Below are positions 1-13,984 of a stretch of 64,000 nucleotides of DNA, piece after piece. The notes under the pieces were generated by a model, which was given only the letters and a program-made list of their open reading frames with translations, had not been told where the DNA came from and did no database searches. Within the stretch, counting starts at the first letter, position 1, and every line of letters starts with the position of its first letter. Source of the DNA: the human T2T-CHM13v2.0 reference genome, Homo sapiens; assembly GCF_009914755.1 (NCBI RefSeq), contig NC_060947.1, one strand, 5' to 3'. Made by a program: the position numbers and the translations under genes.

Positions 1-2190
1 TAATACATTGCGTGATTCTGTTTGCCAATATCTTCTTTAGAATTTTCCATTTATGTTCACAAGTATAATATTAGTTTATGATTTTCTGTTCTTATACTGT
101 TCTGTGCTTAGTTTTGGTATCAAGATTATTCTAGCTTCATTTTGGAGTTGAAATTTTCCCATTTTCTGTTTCCTAAGAATTTCTTATGAGTTTGGAATCA
201 TCTGTTTTTCAAAAGTATAGTAGAACTCACCCATAAAACCATTTGAGGCTGCTGTTTTCTTTAAGAGGACATTTTAACGCTAATTTTGATTTTCTAATAG
301 TTAAAGAGCTTTTCAGTTTTCTCAGCTCTTCTTAGATCAGTGTTGATAAATTCTGTGTTTCAAAAAATGTGTTTGATTTATTTTAGCTTTCAAGTTTATG
401 GGCATACTTCCTTCATGGCTTTTAAATCTCTTGTGAGAATATATGCACACCTCTTCCCTTTATTGATGTCTTCTTTCCTTTTGTCCTGATCAATTTTTCA
501 AGTAATTTAAAATTTTGTCTCTTCAAATATTGTCTCTTTAAATATTGGATATTTTGAAGTTCTATATTGATTTCTGCCCATTTATTTTTTTTTCTGCTGC
601 TTTATTAGTATTTGTTTGGTTTTTCTTTTGTTGGTTTGTTTGTTTTTTTGAGACGGAGTTTCACTCTTGTTGGCCAGGCTGGAGTGCAGTGGTGTGATCT
701 CTGGGCTCACTGCAACCTCTGCCTTCTGATTTCAAGCAATTCTCCTGCCTCAGCCGCCCGAGTAGCTGGGATTACAGGCATCTGCCACCACACCTGGCTA
801 ATTTTTGTATTTTTAGTAGAGATGGGGTTTCACCATGTTGGTCAGGCTGGTCTCAAACTCCTGACCTTGTGATTCGCCCGCCTCTACCTCCCAAAGTGCT
901 GGGATTAGAAGCATGAGCCACTGAGTCCAGCCTATTTGTTTTTCCAATTAAGTGTTTATTATGTGTATTTATGTTAACTTTCTACTATAAATATTACGAA
1001 TTTTTAAAATTATTCCTTAAAGGACCTCAAATATTTTGCTCATTTACTTCTACTATGTTTACATTTCCATTATGATTTCTTCTTTTACCCATGAATTATT
1101 TGGAACTGTATTTTTAAATTTTCAAATGTATTTTCAGGTTATCTGTGTTATTTCTGTCTAATTTGATTATATTGTATGGTATCAATTTTTTAAAATTCTG
1201 AGAATGTTTTATTGCACAGTGCATGACAGCTTTCTGCAACTGTTTCATATGTGCTTAAGAAGAATGTGTTGAGTACACATTTGGAAACGTGATTTTTGCA
1301 GGTTCATTAAATCAGGCTTGTTGATTGGGTTAATGGGATCTTCCACATGCATGTGTTGAAATGACCCACTAAGCTCCCAGATTTGATTAGTTACCTTGTA
1401 GTTCTGTCTGTCTAGTTTCCCCTATATATGCGGAGGCTGTTTTCTGAACTCATTTAAAGTTTGGAATAATTTTATTCACCAGGAGGATTGACCTTTTTAT
1501 TGTTATGTAGTCTTTTGTCTGATATATTATTATATAATTTATATGTTAGCTTTCTTTTAGTTTGTATTTTCCTGGCATATCTTTAGCTCGTATCCTCAAG
1601 TTTTCTGTTCTCGGTGTTTATATGTCTCTCTCTCCCTTATAAAAAGTCTATTGCTGGATTTAAAAAATCTGTAACTCCACAGATATCCTGTCTGACCACT
1701 TTTGCCTTTCATATAGGGCTTTTAGTTCACTCATATTTTCATGTATATTTATTACAATTACTTTTATACTTGAACTTATTTATAGCATTATATTTTCTGA
1801 TGTTGACTTTCTTTGTCTTTGCTCCTCTTTTTCCTTCTTTACTGCCTTCTTTTTGAGTGGTTGAGTTTTATATTCTTACTCTAATTTTCCTTCTTCCATT
1901 TTGGAATTTGTGCACTCTTTCTATTATTTTAGGTGTTACTCTTAAAATTTTACTATGGGTTATTTAGCAAATTAAAGAATAATCAATGGTTTAGTTTTTC
2001 TTTCCAGATAAATTAAGAACCTTTATGAATAATAACTTCTCTCTCATTGTACCCGTTCTCATTATCCAGTGTTTAGTTCTATTTTGTATACTTTAATCTT
2101 CAATATTACATATTATAGCTATAGTTTTATATAATTAATTTTATTTAAATGTATTCACATGTTTACCACACTCTTTGTATACCATTTCCA
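1..2190 (-). mobile_element. Old, degraded L1M LINE fragment (antisense), interrupted by an Alu
   Basis: T-rich degraded L1-like antisense sequence (e.g. gattctgtttgccaatat...agaattttcc, tagaactcacccataaaaccattt); boundaries approximate. Confidence 0.65.
618..932 (-). mobile_element. Alu SINE (AluS-like)
   Basis: Full antisense Alu dimer (gagacggagtttcactc...ccagcc); TATTTGTTT on both flanks as probable TSD. Confidence 0.97.
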
Positions 2191-2199
2191 AAATGCTTG

Positions 2200-3200
2200 G
2201 GTAAGAATTGATACTTTGTCCAATAGCAAGGGGGGGATTATGGACATTTTTCATCTGAGGAAAGACATGATCAAAATGATACTTTAGGAAGATTAATCTG
2301 ATGCAGTCAAAAAAGAATGGAGGGAGGAGGAGATGATAAGTAGAAACACAAATTAAAGGCTATGACCCGGGAACTTGGTACAATGATTTGAACTAGAGGG
2401 GTGGTAAAGGAGAAAAGGAGTAAGAACAGGAAGTAAAAGTCACTGTGAAAGAGGAATACACAGAAATTAACAAGTGGTTTGCTTGAAGTATTGAAGAAAA
2501 CAAAAATAAGAATGAGATTTTTGAACCAAGGTTACTGAAATATTGGTGAAATATTAGCAAGTAGGAAGTCAGAGAAAAGAGCTGCTTTCAGGAGAAAGAT
2601 AAAGAAATGCCCATGGCATATACCAATGATACACTCAGCACAGAGGTCTACATACAACAGAGTACTTGTAAATACAATAGGGTACTTGAGAGAAGTTAAG
2701 ACTGGGGAAATAGGTGTTATAGTGGTAAGCATATATGGGTCATTAGTGGAGAAAAATATCGAAGAGAGTGAATGATGTCAAATAAAAGTGCTTTGTGTAA
2801 TGTTGGACAGAGATATACCCCCAAAGAAAATGTTCAAATTTTGAAAGCCCAACAAGAGTCAGCACTGGAGATACAGAAGTCAAGTCAGGGAGAATCTGCT
2901 TTTGTGGAATATCATCTATATGTGGTACTGAGATAGATATTTCATATATATTACCTGATATAACTATCAAATGAGGAGGTGGTATGGTACCAGTGGAGGA
3001 GAATCATTCAAAAAGAACAAGGTGTTCAGCAGTGTCAAACGATGCAGAAGCACTAAGATGAGAATGAGAATTAAAGAAGATGTAATTGTGTGATTAGGAT
3101 GTGATTGAAACGTTTGCAGATAATGAGTTCCCAGGGAAAGAGACAGAAACAAAACTGTAAGGACTTGATATGGAAATGAATCCTGTGCCAGTGAACACTG
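2200..3200 (-). mobile_element. L2 LINE fragment (ancient)
   Basis: Purine-rich degraded L2-like sequence (gacatgatcaaaatgatactttaggaagattaatctg; gtgtcaaacgatgcaga). Confidence 0.6.
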
Positions 3201-4235
3201 AAATGCAAACAAGACTTAATAATTCAGTGACAAGGGATTGTAGCAAGGCTCAGAGAAGATGCTTCTGATTTAAAATAGAATAGCTAAGTTATGTGACGAC
3301 CATACTGTCTATACATAATAGACACTAAATTTATTTGTTGAATGAAAAGCTAAGTGTTCAGAGTTTGAAAAATAGGAACCAGAGGGAAGGACAAATAAGC
3401 AATTGAAAGTTACTGAATTGATAAGTTCTGTGATTTAAAAATTCCAGCAATATCTGTAAGAAACACAACTTCGTGGAATTCTACAGATAAAGCACAAGCT
3501 TTGGACTTTTTGTGATTTCTTTTCTGTACGTGTTTTTAAATGTACAGCAAGTGTAGGAAGATAAGCGTTGATAAAACATTACTTGAGAAATGTTAATTTG
3601 CTATTAATAACAATTGACATTTACCATTTTAAAGGCCAAAGAGAGGTGAATTTTGATAAAAGATAGGTTCTTACTTGGAAACGTGTATGCAAGTACACTG
3701 AAGAGGTCTTCTTAATATAGCATTTTATAACTCATCTCAAATGTTAGCAGCCCTGTTTTTCATTCGTTTCCAAAACTCATCAACCCCAGTCATAATACCA
3801 GCCACTTAATACAGATCCCATAAGTCTGTCATGTGTTGTTTACTTAAATGTGACTGTTTCTGATGACTTTTAAAGTCCCCAAAGCAGTTTTGTCCACGTT
3901 AATTTTGCTCTGTATCTCAGCATTCATTGCAGTACCTATTGAAAGTGATTTCACTAGCATAAGATAAAAATTTGATGACACATTTAATAGGCTTACTCTC
4001 AAACAACGGATTGACTCAAATATTATCAACAATGCAAGGTGGGCTCTTATGCCAAGATGTGTTCGGTTTTTCAAATTTTAATCTAACGCCTGAAATTTGT
4101 GTTGCATAAATGTTTGTCTTATTCTGTGTATAACATATTTGCATATGTATATTTGTGTTCTGTATAAGTACAGAATAGTTAAAATGTGTTCTCTCTATGC
4201 TTACATAAATGTAGCAGTGAGATATTGATAATAGC

Positions 4236-4470
4236 AATAATAGCTACATTTATTGATTGTTAAGTGCGAAGCTCTGATAAAAATGTTTTATAGGTATCAT
4301 TGTACAAATCATTCAAATAAACTTCTGTGGAACATACAATGGTTATTCCTATTTTACAGAATGGGGTGAATAAAGGGACACAGAGAAGTTAAAATAATTT
4401 ACTCGTGGTTACAGAGCCAGGAAGTTCTAGAGCTAGATTTCTAACCCATGCATGCTCACTCTATTGTGTA
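4236..4470 (-). mobile_element. MIR SINE
   Basis: aataatagctacatttattga...cctattttacaga...gacacagagaagttaaaataattt matches antisense MIR core. Confidence 0.75.
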
Positions 4471-5409
4471 CCCAGTAATCAACTGGATATACTGTGATTT
4501 TATATTAATCAAAATGCAAAGATGCAGAAGTTGTGAGAAAATTCCCTATCTCTAGCCATTTATTTTCCTGAATAAAAATACATCTATAAATTTCCCCTTA
4601 TCTGATGACATCTTAAGGAAATGGTCATGTAAGCCAAGAATATATATTATAGTTTACTACTAAGTTGTTAGAACAAGCTAGGCACCAGTTTATATAGTCT
4701 AGAACAATATACTCAAGTACTGATGCTTATTATGCCCAGGTGGTAGTGGCATTATTTGAGAGGTTATGTTTTGTGTGAAATTTCTACTTTAAAAAAAATG
4801 AATTTGTTTTGACAAAAAATATAAAATGGGCAAGAGATTTTGAAACAAGTTTACCTAGATTTGCAACAATATATGTTAGAAACTGTTTGCTTTGATTATA
4901 CACACATATATGATATCCTAACATGTATGAAGCAATTCTTTAGTTGATAGTGACTTATCTTAAAAATGTATAATCCAAGAATCATGGAGCATTGTATTTA
5001 GAATTTAAGAGTATACATTTTAACAAAACACATAAGAATATAATTTTTATACAAAACGACCAAAACTGAGTCTTTAGGATCATAGTTTAAAAAATGCAAT
5101 ATATGTTCTCATAAATATATGTAAATATGTATCATATATAGTAAATATATAGTTACATAAAATACATATATTTACATAGATGTAAGGATGTATAAAATGT
5201 ACCCTTAAACATGTTTAAATAATAAAAGAACACATAAACATTATACCTACATTTATTTTATTCTATATTCTATAATTCTCCAAAAGTGGGAACCATTTTC
5301 TTACAATTACTTATGGACCCAAATTCCTCAAAATTAAAAGATCATTTCATTGGCACACTTACAAGAGACTTAGCTGACAGGGGTAGTTTTTAAAATCAAA
5401 TTAAGTGGA

Positions 5410-6110
5410 CTCCAGTTTCAGATTCATCAGTTAAGGAGCTTAGAAATTACCACTCAATTCTTAACAAGTAAAAAGCTGAACAAATTGAAAATCAACAACT
5501 TTTCTCAGATCTGTCAGACAACTGAGGTCACAGGGCAAAAAGCTGCCCCCAAAATTGCAGAAACAGATTGATGGATACAAAGAATCACAATTTTCTGAGC
5601 AGAAACCTCCAAGGGAACTAGTTCCAGGGTACAAAAACCTGTAATTGACGAATCTTTGGAGGCTAAGTGTGGACCAAGTCTGAGAGTTAAAAACTACAGG
5701 ACAGCCCAGTCATAAATCATAGTAGGGGGCTGATGCTTTTGTGAGTTTTACCTTCAGGAGCCTTACCAAGTCCTAATAGTGAGCATCAGAGAAAAATCCC
5801 TGGTGCATCCATCAAGGAAAGGGGGAAAATACAGATTTTGAATTATACACAAGATAATTCTGTTGTTAGCAAAGTCTGCCCTTAGGAGAAACTATTTTTC
5901 CAGACCCTAGCCTTATGGGGTTTAATCAGAGCCTAACCTACCTGGAAGGAATTGAAATAATTCAACTTCAGCTCCTTCTAGTATTCTACAGGGGCATAGG
6001 GAAATAACAAATTCCACCCCGCTCTGGCCATCCTGCCCACCCAAAGAGGGAAAGAAAACAACTCAGACTCACTTGTGAAGCTAACAGTCTAATCACACAG
6101 ACTTACCCAA
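5410..6110 (+). mobile_element. L1M 5' region fragment (L1MC/MD-type)
   Basis: aagctgaacaaattgaaaatcaacaacttttctcagatc...gaggtcacagggcaaa resembles old L1 5' end; subfamily from memory. Confidence 0.55.
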
Positions 6111-6672
6111 GATAGTTTCTTTTGCTGTGCAGAAGCTCTTTAGTTTAGTTCGGTCCTACTTGTCAATTTTTGTTTTTGGTGTACTTGCTTTTCAGGACTT
6201 TGTCATAAATTCTTGCCCAAGGCAGATGTCTGCAATGGTGTTTCTTAGGTTTTCTGCTAGAATTATTATAGCTTAGAGACTTACATTTAAGTCTTTAATT
6301 CATCTCGAGTTATTTTTTATATATGGTGAAAGACAGGGGTTCAGTTTCATTCTTCTGCATATGACTAGCCAGTTATCCCAGCACCATTGATTAAATAAGG
6401 AGTCCTTTCCCCATTGCTTATTTTTGCTGATTTGGTCTAAGATCAGATGGCTGTAGATGTGTGACTTTATTTCTGGGTTCTGTATTCTGTTCCATTGGTT
6501 TATATGTTGGGTTTTGTACTGGTACCATGCTGTTTTGGTTACTGTAGCCTTGTAGTATAGTTTGAAGTTAGGTAATGTGATTCCTCTGATTTTGTTCTTT
6601 TCACTTCAGATGACTTTGGCTATTGAGGCTATTTTTTGGGTTCCGTATGAATTTTAGAGTAGTTTTTTTTTC
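6111..6672 (-). mobile_element. Internal L1 ORF2 fragment (L1PB/L1PA-age), no poly(A)
   Basis: tagtttcttttgctgtgcagaagctctttagttta...ccagttatcccagcacca...ggttactgtagccttgtagtatagtttgaag is clear antisense L1 ORF2. Confidence 0.9.
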
Positions 6673-6679
6673 TAAAATT

Positions 6680-7630
6680 GTTTCAAATCTCTACAATGTC
6701 TTCCAGAAGCTAGAACCAGAGGAACTAGTTCTTAACTCATTCTATGAGGCCAACATTACCTTAATTACAAAATTAGTCAAAGACATTACTTGACAAGAAA
6801 AATGCAATCCAATTTCTCTCAAGAACATAGACGCAAAAATCCTCAACTAAATATTACAAATGAATCCAATAATGTATAAATAGCATCATGCATCATGGCC
6901 AAGTGGGATTTATCCCAGTTATGCAAAACTGGCTCAACACTCAAAACTTAATTAATGTAATCTAAAATATCAATGGACTGAAGAAGAATAATCACTTTAT
7001 CTTATCAATAGAGGCAGAAAAAGCATGTGACACATCCCAAAACCCTTTCATGATAAGAAGTCTCAGCAAGTAGGGATAAAAGAAAACTTCCTCAACTCGA
7101 TAAAGAACATCTACAAAATACCTACAGCTAAGGTCATAGTTAATGGTGAGAAACACCAAGCTTTCCTGCTAAGATCAGGAACAAGACAAGGATGACTCCA
7201 CTCACCACTGCTTTTCAACATCATACTGGAAGTCTTAGCTAATGCAATAAAACAACAAAAAAAGAAAATAAAAGGTACAGATGCTCCTTGATTTATGACA
7301 AGGTTACATCTGCAAAAACCCCTGATCAGTAGAAAATATTGTTAAGTCAAAAGTGCATTTTTCAACTTACCATATTTTTCACTTATTGATGTGCTTATCC
7401 AGATGTAACACTATCTTAAGTTGAGGAGTGTACTGAATGTGTATCCCTTTTGCAACATGATAAGGCTGAAAAATTGCAAGTCAAACCACTGTAAGTTGTA
7501 GACTATCTATATAGACAGGGAAAGAAGAAATAGAATTGTCTTTGTTTTCAGATAGTATCATTGACTATGCAGAAAACCCTAAAGAATTGACAAAACAGCA
7601 GCAGCAACAATAACAAAAAAACACCTGGAA
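6680..7630 (+). mobile_element. L1M ORF2 (RT region) fragment, interrupted by a Tigger-family MITE
   Basis: aactcattctatgaggccaacattacc, gacgcaaaaatcctcaac, agatcaggaacaagacaaggatg: degraded L1 reverse-transcriptase coding sequence. Confidence 0.85.
7279..7510. mobile_element. Tigger5/MER47-like DNA transposon MITE
   Basis: TA followed by cagatgctccttgatttatga...; degenerate inverted end gtaagttgtagactatct; L1 resumes afterwards. Confidence 0.65.
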
Positions 7631-7634
7631 CATT

Positions 7635-7858
7635 TCCCTCTGATCCTAGACAGAAAAGGTTCTCCACCTTTAGGTCCTTAAGGACTCATGTGATTCAGTT
7701 GAGACCACTCAGATAATCCACAATAATCTCCTCATCTCAAATTCTTAACCTTAATCACGTCTGCAAAGTCCCTTTTACCATGTAAATTTGCATGTTCACA
7801 GGTTGCCAGGATTAGAACATGAACATTTTCGCAAAGGGCTTTGTTTTGCCTTCTATAT
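7635..7858 (-). mobile_element. MLT1 (MaLR) LTR fragment
   Basis: gataatccacaataatctcctcatctcaaattcttaaccttaatcacgtctgcaaagtcccttttaccatgtaa is antisense MLT1 5' half. Confidence 0.8.
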
Positions 7859-8387
7859 CCAGTCAATTACTTCCAGTTAAAAAACTTATTTATGTTATAT
7901 AACACTTGATATTTGCCAGGTGTTATGCTAGGTGATATTTAATATTTTAAAATATCTGTGAAATTAGTGATATCAGCCTTAGAAACATAGATGGAGGGGT
8001 TGGTCACCACTCATTATTTAATGTAAGTAACTTATCTTTGTGTTTTTATGTAATTATTCTCTGAAATACTCTTATTCAACAAGCAAGAGTATTCATCCAG
8101 CATTAGGAAAATATTTTATCTTTAAATTTAACTAGAACTATAACGTTTTAGAAGTAGGCCATCACTATTTAAACTCTTAAAAAGTCATAGTTAATTAACA
8201 CCCTCATATGGGTCTTTGATTATCGCTATAATAAAATCTCCATTTATAGATAAGAGCAATGTGCATCACATGTAATGTAAACCTGTATTAATAGATTAGA
8301 TGAAATATTATTTTCTAACTGTAAGAGTTAATTACTCTGAACAATTCCACAATAAATAGTCATAGAAATTGATTTGGGATATATACA

Positions 8388-8401
8388 TCTCTCTCTCTCT
8401 T

Positions 8402-8455
<54 letters not shown>

Positions 8456-8488
8456 GCCCCCCCCACCCCCACCCCACCCACACACACT
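8388..8488. repeat. Compound (TC)n-(CA)n microsatellite with C-run tract
   Basis: Directly visible. Confidence 0.97.
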
Positions 8489-8980
8489 TCTTTCTTTGCT
8501 TCTTGCCTGGCTGTAAATCGGCTATTTTTCCATATCCCATCATGAGCCTAAAGGGAAACATTTGTATATTTCAGGCTCCTAGGAAAGCATTTTGAAAATT
8601 CATTTAACAAAATTGGGCAATATCAATGACTTCAAAATTAGCAATGGCAGAAAAGAAGTAGTAATTAATAGCAGCGGAAGGATTAAAATGTGTTAAGATT
8701 AAGTTAAACATGTCGTTGAATCACTGTAAGAGACTGCTGATTGCAGAGCCTCTTAGTGTTTGATATTACTCTGACTTGATGCTGTGGAATTATATTTCTG
8801 AAATAAATAGTTCTTAGTTCTGAGGTTATGCTAAAGGACATGTTCAGGAAGAGCTTTCCTTTCTTACTGCCTAGTCATACCCTTAGGCAAAGAAGCAGTA
8901 ATTTTGAAGGGACAATGTAAAATAGAAGAATAGGCAATCTTGGATATGTGTAGTTTCACATTTCATGTTTATAGATGTAA

Positions 8981-9374
<394 letters not shown>

Positions 9375-9721
9375 TGAAGTTTCAACCAGCTTCTGAAACT
9401 TTGTAAACAGATTAAATAAAATTTGATGATTAAAATATATTCAGTTAATACATATGAAAAGATTCAACTGTAAAATATGACTAAGGCTTCCCGCTAATAA
9501 ATGGCATTATGACGAAATCTGTAGTAAACTGTGGGCAATGTATATGGATATGATTTTAAAATCATGAGAAAGCTCATTACTGTTGGCTATGTCATTATAG
9601 CATGATTTTTTTCCTTATAATATGCCAATCAAGAGTAACTATGTTATGTTAAAAGGAGAAAATGTGGTGTTTTAAAAGTGATAAACCTGATGTATTTAAA
9701 AATTTTTTGAGATTTCCTCTG

Positions 9722-10055
9722 GAGCTGCACTGCCCAATATGGTAGCCACTGGCCCCATGTGGCTGTTGAGCACTTGAAGTGTGGCTAGTAGACTGAGACA
9801 TGTTGTTAGTGTGAACACACACTACGTTTCAAAGACTTCATATCAAACAGTAAAATACTTTATTATTAATTTTAATATTGATTACATGTTGAAATGGTAA
9901 TATTTTAGATAGATTGTGTTAAATATGCATATTATTAAAATTAAATTTAGGGTTTTTTTCACCTAGTTTAATGTGGCTACTAGAGCATCTTAAAATTATA
10001 CATGGGGTTCACATTTGTGGTCTGCATCTTATTTGTGATGGACACTGTTGTTCTA
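9722..10055. mobile_element. MER33-like hAT-Charlie DNA transposon
   Basis: gcactgcccaatatggtagccactggccccatgtggctgttgagcacttgaagtgtggctagt...ggacactgttg. Confidence 0.8.
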
Positions 10056-13000
10056 AACTTTCCTAATTACTGAGACATTTCCCTTCATCACTTTTTGGGA
10101 TGCAGTTTTCATTTATAAGTTAATGGTAAAACTGCACAAGTAACGGAAATATACTTAAAAGATCAAAATATGAAATTTAGCACTTTCAAAATTCCTCATT
10201 TAATGCTTGAGTCAATCCTTGGAAAATAATTGATCCAGAGGATATTTACAAATAGTCCATCATCAAAAATAAAGAGGGGCATAGAAGGTACTAGAGCTCT
10301 ATGTATAAAATCCTGCCCTCTGGCCTATTCTATTATACTCAGAAGAGTCTGTGTCACTAATATATAGTAATTATCGTCGGAAATTATTTGCTATATTAGG
10401 ATTCCCTATGGAAAAGTGAATTGATTGAAAAGATTTAGCAAAGAGTTAACTATCAACTTTGGTTTTTAAATAACATGTGAAAGCTAACTTACTCTAATCA
10501 CTCTGTGGCCATAAAAAAGGCTCTGCCTCCAACCTCCAGAATCTACATCCAACAAGAAGTCTTGGTGAAAAGGATTGGCAAAAAGACTGCAGGTTCTGGC
10601 AAGGGTTTGTAAGTGGACCAACGAATTGGCATTTGAAATTGTTAGTCTTATAAAATGAATCATTGAGACTGGAAGGTCAATGTAATTGGCAAGCCATGTG
10701 TCACCTTTTTCTTGGGAGAAAAACACATCATTTCCATAAAAAAGTATAGAGCATATAAAAGAATAAGAAAGTAATGATAAAACAGAACTTACAGTGACAT
10801 TAAACAGAAAGGTATTTATGGTAATGGATTTGGTACTGAATAATAATTAGGCTAATAGGATAAATTGCTCACAAATGGTACATTTGGGCAGGAATAGTGT
10901 ATTGTTCACTAATGTATCTACAAAACTGAATCTAATGCCCAGCATTTTGTGGAAGGGAAAAATGAATTAACGACTAATGTCATATATACATAAACTAGCT
11001 ATCAACAAGACAAGCTAGGGATTAGAGAAGACAGGGAAAGAGGAAGTAATGCTGATGCCTCTAAACATGACCAAGATTTATTCTTCACTCCTTTTAGTGT
11101 TTTCAACGTTAATTCCTGTAGTGTTCTCTTGCCTTCTCAAACCAGACTTATTTTTAAAGCAGCTTAGGCTGAGTAGCATATTTTTATAAAATGGTCCTCT
11201 GCGCCATTTCTAAGAATCATAGGTCAAATTAGTCAGGCTGCTGTTCTAACACTGATAATTATATCCACCTCCTACCAAAATCTGTAGTTAATTGGTAGAA
11301 ATTCAAGCTTTGTAGATTTTAGTTGTTAAAAGCGTCACATGGAGAAAGTACAAAGGCTGTCCTAAGTAAATGACTTTAAGATTGATTTTTGAAGCCTTTT
11401 CTTTACTCAAAAAAAGTAATGGCCAGCTTAACAAATGCCTCCAGATGAATTGCTTGTTGTGTTCATCATTATTATATTACACATTCCCCTGGAAACTGCA
11501 GATGATAAGGGTGCATTTTATTCTGAATGTTGTGTAAGGCACACTGCATTTTGAAAGAGTTCAGTGATGTTAGGATAAATGTGTATGAGAAATACGTTTG
11601 AATAGATTCAGTAAGTCTATTCACTAGTCCCTTTTTCACCATTTGCTGTTTGGAATCAAGTTTGGGATGTTCCATGCATGGTCATCTTACTTTAGGGTAT
11701 AGAACATCAGGAGTTTAAGAAACTGGGGTTTTTGTTTTGACTGCCATCATTTTGCTGTGTATTACTTGACAAGGAATAGAAGGGGAGGCAGGGATTAGAT
11801 CAAGCAAAGAAGTACCCAGTAAGAAAGACCTTTCAACAATGTATAAAGAATTTATTTTAAATAAATTTCTGAAATGGTTAAAAAAAAAAAGGCAGAGATG
11901 AGTTAGGTGAGGTGAGTCAAGCAAGGTGGCTGAGGGTTTAGATTTTGGAAAGTCACAACATAACCTTTTACAACTGAAATACATCATCTGTACCATGCGG
12001 ATAATTGCATTTATGTCTTGGTGGTGTTGGAAGAATTAAAGGGTATAATATATTTAATTCACTTAATAGAGTGCCTGACATATATTAAATTTTCAAATTG
12101 TTGTTAGAGTGGCTGCTTCAAAGAATAGCTAATTTTACAGTATGGTATCATGGACACAGACTGTCAAAAGCCAACAGAATAATTTCAAATTCAACTTTTT
12201 TTCCACATATGGCTTTGTGAGTTGAGTGCATACTTTAGTCAAAAATATGTTTTCACAGAGTGATAATTTCTAGGGGTGATTAAAAGTTTGATTATAACCA
12301 CTCTTGGGTTTCATAATCTAAAAACATTTTCAGAAAGTCTGTGATTAATTTTTCCCATTTAAAATTTTATTCTCAATAATGTGCAGTATTAAATAGAATT
12401 TCACAAGGCATCTTGGGAGTTACGCTCTCACATATTAAACTACACAGAAAAAGTTATATGTCATAGCTGGTCAAGAACTCAGAGCAAAATGAAAAGATAA
12501 GCAGATAGTGCAATGTGGTTCATGGTCCTTAAAAGACCTTTTAATGTGGTTGGTTATTTTCTAATGAATGCAAGTAACACATTGAATGCCCACCTATGAA
12601 CAGAACCGAAATTAACAATTTAGAAATGTGAAAGTGACATAAACTTTTACTTTCACCATTTTTCACAGGGTCATTTGTTGGTAAAATTATCTCCTGTACT
12701 TGCTTCTTGTCTTACTACATCAGTCACCTGTGAATTTAAATTAGAGGCATTTTGAAAATATAATTAGTAAGTCATTGCTTGGATCTATTGAGTAGTAAAT
12801 TTATATTTTTATAGTACCTCAGATATAGTGTGAAACTTTGAATAATTCATTTCTCACATGAAATAGGCACATTACAAATATCCAGCAAGTTGTAATTCTG
12901 GGTAAGAGTCCTTCAAAGAATGAAGAACAACAGTTAAGCTGTACCTTTGGTCATGCATGGCAATATGTAATTACTATCTGCAGGTCCTCAAGATCAACTT

Positions 13001-13239
13001 AATCTCTAGTATGTAAGTCAAATGCCTGTTGAACTGTACAGTATAATACATGGATAAACAATCCAAATGACTCATTTTATAAGTAGGTACCACTTTTTAT
13101 AAACAGAGCGTTTTATAACAACCTGCTGTTGGTGGTGGTGGTGGTGGTTTTGTTCTCCTCCTGTTTCTTATTCTTTATTATTGTCATCATCTATACTTAC
13201 TAGATACAGGAAAAATGCTTTTACAAAAATGACCCAATT

Positions 13240-13425
13240 CAGTGGTGCTGAAACTCTAGAGACATCAGAATCACCTGGATGGCATGTCAAAACACGATGC
13301 ATGGTGCTTGCCTCAGAATTTTTGATTCAGCAGACATAATGTGGAACCTTAGGATCTGCATACATAGCAAGTACCCAGATGATGCTGATGCTGCTGGTCC
13401 AGGGACCACACTTTGAGAATCCCTG
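13240..13425. mobile_element. MER5A
   Basis: cagtggt...catcagaatcacctgga...gctgatgctgctggtccagggaccacactttgagaatccctg. Confidence 0.85.
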
Positions 13426-13683
13426 CTCTTGTAAATGCTTCTTTGTTTCCTGATCTAGCCCTTCTTCTATCATTTTAATGCTAATTATGCCCAAAAGTAT
13501 AGTAGTACTGCTCTTTGCGTCTTTGCACACCAATCTCTGTGGACAATCTCATCCACACGTGTGGCTACTCACAAATATAAATCACCAGCCCTAATCTCCT
13601 TTTGAGTGTCAGACTAATATATCAACTGCCTACAGCACACCTCCACGTGGAAATCCCACAGGATCTTTAAATTTAATATGGCT

Positions 13684-13984
13684 GGCTGGGTGCCGTGGCT
13701 CACGCCTGTAATCCCAGCACTTTGGGAGTCCGAGGCGGGTGGATCATGAGGTCAGGAGTTCAAGACCAGCTTGGTTAAGATGGTGAAACCCCATCTCTAC
13801 TGAAAGTACAAAAAAATAAAATTAGCCAGGCATGGTGGCGGGCGCCTGTAATCCCAGCTACTCAAGAGGTTGAGGCAGAGAATTGCTCGAACCCGGGAGG
13901 CAGAGGTTGCAGTGAGCTGAGATTGTGCCACTGCACTCCAGTCTGGGAGACAGAGTGAGACTCGATCTAAAAAAAAAAAAAAAA
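13684..13984 (+). mobile_element. Alu SINE
   Basis: ggctgggtgccgtggctcacgcctgtaatcc through poly(A); inserted into L2-like sequence. Confidence 0.97.

Noticed and set aside
3844-4038. Exon-like segments: minus 3935-3844 (TAMNAEIQSK...RNSHI*) and plus 3991-4038 (48 nt)
   Set aside because: Weak splice signals and unrecognised peptides; within chance expectation for 64 kb
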